Source: an uncultured virus (IMG/VR IMGVR_UViG_2061766007_000665) (lineage: Duplodnaviria > Heunggongvirae > Uroviricota > Caudoviricetes). From it: a DNA stretch of 64,000 nucleotides. Position 1 is the stretch's first letter. The number at the start of each line of letters is the position of its first letter. Below the pieces are notes generated by a model. It made no database searches and was not told the origin of the DNA. It saw nothing but the letters and a program-made list of their open reading frames with translations. Of the stretch, positions 12,562 to 21,398 are shown piece after piece. The stretch lies in the IMG/VR virus record IMGVR_UViG_2061766007_000665; one strand, written 5' to 3'. The translations under genes and the position numbers were made by a program.

Positions 12562-13257
12562 ATGGGTTTTGATGCTTGGATTAATGTGTATCCTCGTTAT
12601 AAAAATTATACTATAGAAGACATAGAGACTGTTGAAAAGTATTTTAATTATGAAAAAAGCGAGGGACTTCAAAAGGCTTACACTTTAGAACAATATCTTG
12701 AAGGGAAAACCGTAGATAAAGATGCGGTTGAGTTTTACCGGAATTTCTTGCACAACGAGTCAGAATTTCTGCGCAATGTAATTTATAAAGAAAAAGCCAG
12801 TTGGTGTTCTAATGGCACGCGCCTGTATCATATTATTGAAAATTATAAATATGGAGACAGTGCGCGTGATACTCCTACAGAATTTGAACTTACCAAAGAC
12901 GATTTAATTCATATAATCAACAAATGCGTTAAAAATTTTAAGGACATTAGTGTTCCAAAAGATTGCTATATAAACAATGCTTTTAGAGATGTTCAGCAGT
13001 GTGATTACTATGATGGCGAATCNNNNNNNNNNNNNNTAATGTATCCTTGCGACGGTGTTGTTCTGACAGACAGAGATGGAAACGAACACACAAAATATAC
13101 GTCTGAATGTGCGTATGATGGAGAATTTTGGCTTACTGTAATGTCTTCTGATGAAGATGATTACATAAATTATATGGGCTACCTTGTAGCTCTTGTAGAG
13201 TGTCTTACTACGGTAGATTTTGAAAAAGAAATGGTAGTGTATGGAGGTGGATGGTAA
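12562..13257 (+). CDS. Hypothetical phage protein
   Basis: AAGGAG RBS, 231-aa ORF. Confidence 0.7.
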   Translation: MGFDAWINVYPRYKNYTIEDIETVEKYFNYEKSEGLQKAYTLEQYLEGKTVDKDAVEFYRNFLHNESEFLRNVIYKEKASWCSNGTRLYHIIENYKYGDSARDTPTEFELTKDDLIHIINKCVKNFKDISVPKDCYINNAFRDVQQCDYYDGEXXXXXXMYPCDGVVLTDRDGNEHTKYTSECAYDGEFWLTVMSSDEDDYINYMGYLVALVECLTTVDFEKEMVVYGGGW

Positions 13258-13431
13258 TGTCTAAAGTTAGCTATACAGAATGCGATGTATGCGGTAAGCC
13301 AATAAATTCAATGCACGGAAAATTTGTTATTAAAAATGAAGCTGGCAGAAATGGATTTGAATTTACTCGTAAATTAGACATCTGCTCAGATTGCTGGCAT
13401 AAAATCCATAAGTATATCGAGGAAAATAAAA

Positions 13432-14595
13432 ATGTTGGTTGATGGAAAAAGAGAACTTGCATATACTGCAAAAATTACTAAAGTTGCACCGATCGAAGGC
13501 GCCGATAACATTGAACTTGTCACTATTAATGATGGATGGAAGTGCATTGCAAAGAAAACTGAATTTAATGAGGGAGATACTTGCGTATATTTTGAAATAG
13601 ACAGCAAACTCCCAGAGAAGGAATGGTCTGAGTTCCTTAGATCAAAAAAATTTAAGGTTAAGACTATGAAGCTTGGTAAATTTGGTGTGGCTTCTCAGGG
13701 GCTTGCTCTTCCTATTAATGCTTTTACAGACGATGTTATACCAACCGATATTGGGATTCCTCTTACGACAAAACTTGGGGTTACTTATGGAGTAGAAGAA
13801 GATAACGACAGAAAGGCATCTAGTTCCGATCTTAAATATAAGTCTATGGCAAGTAGACATCCAAACCTTGCAAAGACTTGGTGGTGGAGAAAGATTTGGA
13901 AAATGCCGCATGGTAAGCAAATCTTATTTTTGCTCTTTGGTAAAAAGAAAGATAAGCCGCTCGCTTTCCCCGCTTTTGTTAAAAAAACTGACGAAGAGCG
14001 TATTGAAAACGAACCTTGGCGCATTGGTGATAAAAAGATTTACCTTGCTACTGAAAAGCTTGATGGTACCTCTACAACTTTTGCTCTTAAGAAAATTAAG
14101 CGTAATAAATATGAATTCTTTGTATGTTCTCGTAATGTTCGTCAGATGACACCGGAACAGAACTGCGCTCATGACCACAATATTTACTGGGATATGGCAA
14201 TTAAGTATGATATCGAGAACGTATTAAGAACGCTGCTTATTAATTATAATCTTGATTGGATTTGTCTCCAGGGTGAGTCTGTTGGAAGTGTGCAGGGTAA
14301 TCCTCTTAAGCTTGATCACGATGATTTCTATGGATTCAATTTAATTTTTTCCGATCGTGGAAGACTCCCCTCTGATATTTCAGCAGATTACATGAAGGAT
14401 TACGGAATTAAGTGGGTTCCCATTCTTGGTGAAATGACAATTCCCAATACAATGGAAGAAGCAAAAAAGCAGGCTTATGGCAAGTCTATTGTAAACCCTG
14501 CTGTACTCCGCGAAGGAATTGTATATCGTAGCCTTGATGGTCAGGATAGCTTTAAAAACGTGTCTGTTGAGTACCTTTTGAAACATAACGGATAA
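13432..14595 (+). CDS. ATP-dependent RNA ligase (Rnl2/DRB0094-like, N-terminal OB domain)
   Basis: PIEGADNIE, YFEIDS, SQGL, KTDEERI, TEKLDGTS, QGE, REGIV, SFKNVS..YL. Confidence 0.9.
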   Translation: MLVDGKRELAYTAKITKVAPIEGADNIELVTINDGWKCIAKKTEFNEGDTCVYFEIDSKLPEKEWSEFLRSKKFKVKTMKLGKFGVASQGLALPINAFTDDVIPTDIGIPLTTKLGVTYGVEEDNDRKASSSDLKYKSMASRHPNLAKTWWWRKIWKMPHGKQILFLLFGKKKDKPLAFPAFVKKTDEERIENEPWRIGDKKIYLATEKLDGTSTTFALKKIKRNKYEFFVCSRNVRQMTPEQNCAHDHNIYWDMAIKYDIENVLRTLLINYNLDWICLQGESVGSVQGNPLKLDHDDFYGFNLIFSDRGRLPSDISADYMKDYGIKWVPILGEMTIPNTMEEAKKQAYGKSIVNPAVLREGIVYRSLDGQDSFKNVSVEYLLKHNG

Positions 14596-14676
14596 AAAAA
14601 TTTNNNNNNNNNNTAGAAAAAAATTATGGTATAGTGTATATGTAAGTTAAAGATGGCATAAATAAGAGGTACATAA

Positions 14677-15359
14677 ATGAGAAAAATTTGCGCGTCCCTT
14701 TTAATCGCTGCTATGATTGGAACTTCATTTATATATGNNNNNNNNNNNNNNNNNNNNNNNNNNNNNNNNNNNNNNNNNGTAAAACTGAAGACGTTGAAGC
14801 CGAGCGAGAAGCGTTTAGAGCCAATGCTGTATCTACGTATATCAGTATTGGCGCTAAACAGGCTTATGAAGCAACTAAGGCGCAATATGAAAAAAAGCTT
14901 CAAGAACAGAAAGCTGTTTACGAAAGAGAAATAGAACAATGTCAATATATGATTACCAATCTTGAGATTGTTCTTTCTCACGAATATGAAAATTACGCTT
15001 GGTGGTTTTATGAAATGTCTGCAGATCAAGTTGAAGAATTCTGCAGGGTGGTCCAGGCCGAAGGAATGAGCTATCGTAACCAAATCGCTATTACCCAAAC
15101 AGCAATTAATCTTGCTATCGCCTATGGGGGCACCCCATACTATTGGATGTGTCAATCTGGGGCATATACAACTCCTACTGAACATAAACTATTACAATCC
15201 ACTATTGATAATGTCATGGCAGTCTTTCTTGATGGAGCAAGAGTAACTAGTAGACCTATCAAGTATTTCTACTCTTATACCATGATGCCAGAAGGTTCCA
15301 GGTGGCATCAACAACAGACATATGTAATGACTATTGATGATCACCATTTCTATGAGTGA
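14677..15359 (+). CDS. Secreted/membrane-anchored SleB-like cell-wall hydrolase (ORFs joined across gap)
   Basis: N-terminal signal-like segment, coiled coil, RVVQAEG, Q.GAY, YFY, IDDHHFY. Confidence 0.6.
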
Positions 15360-15817
15360 GGTGTTGACAAATGAGCAAGACGAAGCGAAGAATCCAGCGG
15401 CGATATGCAAGTATGTTCAGTTGTTGCGGTGAGCGGATGCTTGAAAAAGAGGGATATCGGACGGAAACAGATCGTTTATTTGTTTGTCAGCGATGCGGGA
15501 AAAGTAAGTGGATAAGATATGCGCCGAAGGAGGAAGAAGAATGAGCGTTTTAATCAAGGGAATGGATATGCCTTGTGGCGAAGAAGCACTCACAATCCGA
15601 ATATATCCAAATGGAACGGTAACATCGTACCCGTGCATGGGTTTTGTAAAAATAGCAGATGCGGTCGAAGTGCCGAAACACGGGCGGCTTATCGATGCTG
15701 ACAAAGCAGCAGAAGCAATGTTGTTTGAAATGTGCGGAACTGGCTATCAGTCGAGGGCTATGGACATTTTACAATACGACTTTTATACGCCGACAGTAAT
15801 TGAAAGCGAGGAATAAA

Positions 15818-16168
15818 ATGGGAGTTTATATTGAGGATATGGATATACCGAAATCCTGTGCGGAGTGTCGACTTGTAGGAGCAGATGGGGATATATTGTT
15901 CTGTCGATCCGTCGGTTATGTCAGCGAAATGGTACATAAACGGCATGAAAACTGCCCGCTCTCTGAAGAAAGAGCCGCAGATGCAATCGAAAAACTTATG
16001 CCAAAAACGGCACGGTGGGAAGATACTTACAAAGACGGTGATTGGCATTGCTCAAATTGCGGCGCGATTGTAGAAAAAGACGAGCAAATAAATCATAACT
16101 GGTATTGCTGCTATCATTGTGGCGCAAAGATGGAAAACCCATTTATGGATACAGATGAACATTCGTGA
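15818..16168 (+). CDS. Zn-ribbon hypothetical protein
   Basis: PKSCAEC, HCSNCG, CYHCGAKM. Confidence 0.6.
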   Translation: MGVYIEDMDIPKSCAECRLVGADGDILFCRSVGYVSEMVHKRHENCPLSEERAADAIEKLMPKTARWEDTYKDGDWHCSNCGAIVEKDEQINHNWYCCYHCGAKMENPFMDTDEHS

Positions 16169-17246
16169 ATTAAAAATTTGGCTAAAAGAACAAATCAAAG
16201 AANNNNNNNNNNNNNNNNNNNNNNNNNNNNNNNNNNNNNNNNNNNCTCAAAGCACGGACAAAGAGTTGCTTATGAGAGGGTGCTTAAACTGATAGAATAA
16301 AAGTTAATGACTATGATTAATGAAACAGAAAAATTAATTGGCAAAACAATTAGCAAAATTGAAATTGATGGGTATGGTGTCTATATTAAGTTTACAGACG
16401 ATACTGAGCTTGAATATAGTGCTAGTGATGGTGGTTATTCTTCTTGGGGAATAATTGAATAAAAAGGCTAGATCATCGTTTTTATGAATAATTATGATTA
16501 GAGTAAATTGCTGTGATAATTGTATACATTATACTTGGTACACAGATTATTGTGATCAATGGAAGTGCACGGTTGATGGGGCATATTGCTGTCACATGTT
16601 TAAGATTTGGCCTAGTTTAAAGTATAAAGGAGCAAGGGGCAATGGTGGAATACAACCTGAGAAAAAACATTAGAGCTTATCAATGGGGTGTGGATCCTAC
16701 GATGACCATACTTGAGAATTGCGGTAGATATATTAGAAATGCCCATCTTCGAAAGCGCGGCAAAGATGGCCAATTAAAGCATCTTATGGCCATGACTTGC
16801 ACGACATGCAAGGGTAGATGGCTTACTCTTGAAGATAAAGACTGGATTATTGTTGAGGACATTGGCGGTAACGATACTTGGGAAGTGACTGATGTTCTTG
16901 GTGATGAAGAATTCCAGTGGCGCTATAAAAGGGTTTAATTAGCAGCTTATGAAAAGAGGTTTTGATATGAGAGATATTGCTCGTATTGATAAGTTTTGCG
17001 ATCAGCTTAAAGAAGAGTGGAAGAAGTACCCAGATTATCGTTTTGGCCAAATGATTATGAATGTATTTGGCGAAATGGCTAAAAGTGGCAAAGATCCCTT
17101 CTTCCCGGAAGACGAAGAAATGATGAAGGCCATTAAAGCGCACCTTAACAAAATTGCTTTATATAGATGATAACGCATTAGCGATATCATATATTAAAGG
17201 GAGTACCTTTGCGGCGGCTCAGGTTTNNNNNNNNNNNNNNNNNNNN

Positions 17247-17322
17247 NNNNNNNNNNNNNNNNNNNNNNNNNGACGGCCTTATAAGCCGTGCGTACCTGGT
17301 TCAACTCCAGGGAGGAGGACCA
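17247..17322 (+). tRNA. tRNA-Ile(UAU), 5' part in gap (start estimated)
   Basis: acggc-ctTATaa-gccgt anticodon arm, cctgg-ttcaact-ccagg T arm, 3' ACCA. Confidence 0.85.
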
Positions 17323-17358
17323 TTAAAAAATATCACATTTTTTGAAAAATTTTTTTGA

Positions 17359-17393
17359 AAACGCTTGACTTTAGCTTTAAAATGTGATATAGT
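17359..17393 (+). promoter_or_regulatory. Promoter driving the ncRNA/tRNA island, TTGACTTTAGC class
   Basis: TTGACT 17365, 17 bp, TGA-TATAGT 17388. Confidence 0.85.
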
Positions 17394-17427
17394 ATATTTG
17401 TAAGTGAGAGAGATCCACTTACAGAAC

Positions 17428-17988
17428 CTTGAAAAAAGCATANNNNNNNNNNNNNCCGAGAAGCTACTGAATAATGAGGCCGTGATCCAGGGATACCTGA
17501 GGAGCGAGCCTTCGGAATATCAGCGATGGTATAATGGAAGAGGGAGCATAAACCTCAACGTTAAGGTGGCTGTGCTGAGATATATGGTGTATAAGATACG
17601 GTGTGCGCGGTTGCAAAAATAGANNNNNNNNNNNNNNNNNNNNNNNNNNNNNNNNNNNNCTAACGGGAGTTAGTAAGTAAATCTGGTAATCCAAACTAAT
17701 GCGATCCGTCATGAGAGCCTTCGAAAGAGGGCTATAACGCGACAGCCGGTAAAAGTAGCCAAACGACGGTGGAAGAAAATGAATTCTATGATGGAGAATT
17801 AACTACACTGAATGTCTGGTGAAATTTGCAGGTATCAGACCTGTCTGTGCATGGGCCGTAGGCGAGGCAATAAGTTAGGGGTCGCTCCCCAAAGCTCAGT
17901 ATTGCTTCCACAGTGATCGAATATACAGTAATATAGGTAGGTAAGGCGAAGGCCTAAGATGTGTTATAGACAATGTGCTTTTTTCAAG
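17428..17988 (+). ncRNA. ROOL-like large ornate ncRNA (~560 nt)
   Basis: Perfect 13-bp terminal pairing cttgaaaaaagca/tgcttttttcaag; ordered motifs gggatac, tccaaac, cggtaaaagtagc, ctgaatgt..gtgaaa, ggggtcgctcccc..gctcag, gtgatcgaata, gcctaa recalled from ROOL; tRNA-cluster context. Confidence 0.75.
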
Positions 17989-18004
17989 CGAACTTTGACA
18001 ACAT

Positions 18005-18131
18005 GAAGAAGTGGCGGAATGGTGTAGACGCTTACGCGAATAAGATTGCCTCTGGCTCTTAGCCAGGTTTGGCGGCACATCTACTGTATGTGTGAAGTGC
18101 AATCATGTTTGGTTCAAATCCTAACCTTCTC
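18005..18131 (+). ncRNA. tRNA-mimic RNA with branched insert instead of anticodon arm
   Basis: D-arm gtggcggaatggtgtagacgc, T-loop ggttcaaatcc, agaag/cttct acceptor, gattgc/gcaatc stem enclosing two hairpins, no CCA. Confidence 0.55.
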
Positions 18132-18142
18132 TAATATTATAT

Positions 18143-18229
18143 CCGGATGTGGCGGAATCGGCAGACGCAGCGGACTTAAAATCCGCCGGTGTTATAACCA
18201 TGCCAGTTCAAGTCTGGCCATCCGGACCA
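18143..18229 (+). tRNA. tRNA-Leu(UAA)
   Basis: ccggatg/catccgg acceptor, gcgga-ctTAAaa-tccgc, long V arm, ACCA. Confidence 0.95.
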
Positions 18230-18400
18230 TAATTGAGAAGAGACCTCAATTTATTGTATACAATAAAGAATGTCTCCATGAGATGCGAAACTCCAGAAAG
18301 TTCTCTTGTACGGGACCGTACGAAAAAGCCGTTACTAGTAAACCGAAGAACGTAAAATACGGTGCATGTTGGTAATCGTACGAGGATTGACCAACAACTT

Positions 18401-18908
18401 GTCAACATAGTGTAATGGATAGCACGCTTACTGGTTTCGACTGGTAGGAAGTATAGGTTCAAATCCTATTATTGGCTTATTGGAAGGTAATCTTCCCTGT
18501 CCGTGCTATATTTCACTCCTTTATAAGTGGACGGCAGTAACATTAAAGAGAGTCGTGGATCAGTGAGCACGTAACAAAAACTGTGAGTTAGTGGTGATTG
18601 GACAAGTATAAATCCCACCAGCAAGACCCACGCTGCGAGAGGGGTTGCTACCATACAAGGGCAACAACGCCTATGGTGAGCAAAGTATGGCGAAATGAAC
18701 CACCGTCAAAGGTTTCTAGGTAGCTGCAGTATATCCTAGTTTTAGTTATTGGACAGACTGGCATTAACCGGGATGCGTGGAAAACCTACCGTGAATAGTG
18801 AAATAATCTATTTGGGATTAAGTAGGAGATATGGGTAGATATATTCCGATAACTAAAATCCAGATCCTCATGTTTAGCAATTTCATCGAGAGGGAAAAGA
18901 AATTGCTT
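18401..18908 (+). ncRNA. GOLLD-like large ncRNA (compact, ~500 nt) with 5' tRNA-like domain
   Basis: tRNA-like 18401-18476 with UUCG-capped extended stem; motifs aaatcc..gcaagacc..gcgag and gactggcattaaccggg recalled from GOLLD; 14-bp stem 18740-18753/18845-18858. Confidence 0.6.
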
Positions 18909-18911
18909 TAT

Positions 18912-18986
18912 GCTGGCATGGCTCAACGGTAGAGCAGCTGATTTGTAATCAGCAGGTTGGGGGTTCGATTCCCTCTGCCAGCTCCA
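18912..18986 (+). tRNA. tRNA-Thr(UGU)
   Basis: gctga-ttTGTaa-tcagc, full cloverleaf, CCA. Confidence 0.95.
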
Positions 18987-18989
18987 TTG

Positions 18990-19057
18990 ACCGACTACGC
19001 GGTGTCATCGGTCCTCCTTTCTTCGTAACGGTCCTGGGCATGACTAAAAACTGCCCA
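18990..19057 (+). ncRNA. Small structured RNA with H-type pseudoknot (skipping-rope-like, tentative)
   Basis: cctcctttc tract then ggtc/gact and gggca/tgccc pseudoknot stems. Confidence 0.45.
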
Positions 19058-19077
19058 ACTGCTTTAAGGAGAATATT

Positions 19078-19266
19078 ATGGCTGGTTACAATGTGTCGAG
19101 CAAAAACTTNNNNNNNNNNNNNNNNNNNNNNNNNNNNNNNNNNNNNNNTCATAGTATTTTTAAAGATGTAGAAACAGGAAGATTAGCCGTTATTCCTCAT
19201 AAGCTTAATCCAATTATTGCAGAGAGAATTATTAAAGATTTTAAATTAAACACCAATATTAAATAA
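19078..19266 (+). CDS. HicA-like small protein (partly in gap)
   Basis: AAGGAG RBS; HSIFK...G..AVIPH.L....ERIIK pattern and ~62-aa size typical of HicA. Confidence 0.55.
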   Translation: MAGYNVSSKNXXXXXXXXXXXXXXHSIFKDVETGRLAVIPHKLNPIIAERIIKDFKLNTNIK

Positions 19267-19267
19267 T

Positions 19268-19343
19268 GGGGTATTAGCTCAGCTGGGAGAGCGCCTGCCT
19301 TGCACGCAGGAGGTCAGCAGTTCGATCCTGCTATGCTCCACCA
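19268..19343 (+). tRNA. tRNA-Ala(UGC)
   Basis: cctgc-ctTGCac-gcagg, G3-U70, ACCA. Confidence 0.95.
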
Positions 19344-19705
19344 AAACGCGGTATCATCACGCGGTTAAGCCGTTCCTGGGCGCTAAGCATTGGTCAGGCT
19401 GATGCAGGCGAATATGGTTCGAATCCATAAGGGTCCAGTAGAAGATGCGGGCGATGACGGAGCCATTACATGACAACGACATATGGTAAATGGTGCCACC
19501 CCACCAATGGACGCGTTGGTTCATATGTCCGATCGTGGCTGAGTCTTTTCCACCACCTGGTACTGAATGCTGTTATTGGGACATTATCGGGGACTCCTTT
19601 GAGAACAATCTGCTTGTAATGTCTAACAAATAGTAAGTGGACTTGAAAAAGCCGGGGAACAGTAAGCGATACGTTTACCAGAGAAGAATTCAGGCTTCTC
19701 ATTAT

Positions 19706-19805
19706 ATCACTCTTGTGGCGGNNNNNNNNNNNNNNNNNNNNNNNNCGCGCATGTCGTAGAAGTAAGACAACTACATGTGGGGTGTAAATCCTCACCAAGA
19801 GTGAT
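19706..19805 (+). ncRNA. Second tRNA-mimic RNA, related to 18005-18131
   Basis: 10-bp atcactcttg/caagagtgat, gtggcgg D-arm start, gtgggg-tgtaaat-cctcac T-like arm. Confidence 0.5.
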
Positions 19806-19814
19806 TTCAATTAT

Positions 19815-19891
19815 GTGCCGATGATGGAACAGGCATACGTATTCGACTCAAAATCGAAGTTCTGTGGGTTCGACTCCCACTCGGCGCACCA
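19815..19891 (+). tRNA. tRNA-Leu(CAA), short variable loop
   Basis: ttcga-ctCAAaa-tcgaa, 77 nt, ACCA. Confidence 0.9.
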
Positions 19892-19959
19892 ATCCCCTCC
19901 GGGTTTGTGGACTGACGGTGAAAGCTCAATCTTTGCGGAGATATGAGAAAGGGAATTTT

Positions 19960-20045
19960 GGAGGGTTACTCTAATTGGTAAGAGGCCGGTCTTGAAAACC
20001 GGTGTAGCGAAAGCGATCAGGGTTCGAGTCCCTGGCCCTCCGCCA
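19960..20045 (+). tRNA. tRNA-Ser(UGA)
   Basis: ccggt-ctTGAaa-accgg, V arm, GCCA. Confidence 0.95.
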
Positions 20046-20225
20046 AATGCCCCATCCAAATATCGAAGCTAGATTCTTAACAGCCCTCTTCGAGGCATGG
20101 GGAAGCAATGCAGGTGCCACGAACCTGTTCTAACTGAGCGTGACTTGGACAAAACGCGGCTTTAGAGCAGTATGACGTAACGGTCGGCAGTGGTAAATGG
20201 AGTTCGATGAACAGCCTGCATTATT

Positions 20226-20313
20226 GGGGAGATAAGCCTAATGGTAAGGCACTCGCTTGGAAAGCGAGGAGTAACTGGGTGACCAGCGTGTGGGTTCAAG
20301 TCCCGCTCTCCCC
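20226..20313 (+). tRNA. tRNA-Ser(GGA), 3' NCCA in gap
   Basis: ctcgc-ttGGAaa-gcgag, long V arm, ggggaga/tctcccc. Confidence 0.9.
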
Positions 20314-20649
20314 NNNNNNNNNNNNNNATTAAAGGAGAAAATAATGGTAGAATCTATTTCTGTTACAGAAAAAGGGAAAGAGGCAGAATTTGCCCCAAAA
20401 TATGATAAGGATATTGGACTTTTAATTCCGCAAGTTTTTTATACTGATAAAGATTGTACAGTTGATTATCTAATAATAAGCAACAACATACTTTCTGATA
20501 TGTTTAACCAGCTTTTTCTTGATAAAACAATTGACGATTTAAAATGATATGATCTCTTCAAAAAAATCGAAAATTGGCCCAAATAACCCCCTAAAAGTCT
20601 ATATAAAAGTGTGATTTTATTTTTAAATTTTTTTATTATTTTTTCCTCA

Positions 20650-20684
20650 AAACACTTGACTTTAGCTTTTGTTTGTGATATACT
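20650..20684 (+). promoter_or_regulatory. Sigma-A-type promoter, TTGACTTTAGC class
   Basis: TTGACT 20656, TGA-TATACT 20679, followed by gtaagttaaa. Confidence 0.85.
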
Positions 20685-20703
20685 TATCATGTAAGTTAAA
20701 GAT

Positions 20704-20793
20704 GGAGGGTTGGAGTAATGGTATCTCAGCGGATTGCTAATCCGTCCTACCCCTCATAAGGTAGTGTGGGTTCGAGTCCCGCACCCTCCGCCA
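20704..20793 (+). tRNA. tRNA-Ser(GCU)
   Basis: gcgga-ttGCTaa-tccgt, V arm, GCCA. Confidence 0.95.
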
Positions 20794-21398
20794 TATAGGA
20801 GAAAGAAATGAGAGGAATCATAGAAGCCGCAATTATGCTAGAGGGCGATAGAATCGTAGCTGGCAAGAGACATCATCAGATTATCGCCAAGCTTGCAGAA
20901 ACCGGCCATACATCCGAATATAAAAAGTGGCACGAAGATGGTTTTATTGTTGTAACAGATAATTATAATCTTAATTTCTGGACAAGAGAAGCATGTACAG
21001 AATGGGCTAAAGAGCACAATATCCCAATGGCCGGTTCCGTACTTACGTCAGAAGATGTAATACCGGCCGATGAAGATCTACCCGTTTATATGTTCTTTGG
21101 CAAACTAGAAGGAATTAATTGATATGCTTTGTAATATTTGTGTGACTTCAAAAGAGCTTTGCGACTCCTGTAAACACAATCCTAAATATAGGAACTTGAA
21201 GGACTATTTCATTGACTATGAACTCACTTGTCCTTATAGACTTACATGGTGTGTGTCTGACCCAGGGTATATAAAAGCTCATTATTTAGATTGGTATAAA
21301 AGCATGTTTGGAGACAAGCTTCCAGCAGATGTTGTAAAAGAATCTTGTGAGAACTGTGTACGTGGCAGTCTTTATGATGATGAGGATAAATAATAATT

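Noticed and set aside
18401..18908. RNase P RNA or tmRNA
   Set aside because: Lacks the RNase P P4 motifs (GAGGAAAGUCC / CGGCUUA) and tmRNA ends (3' T-arm + CCA, tag frame)
17404..20059. Short ORFs called over the RNA island; ORF 38418-38672 over the iterons
   Set aside because: No RBS, atypical composition, and overlap with tRNAs, structured RNA or repeats
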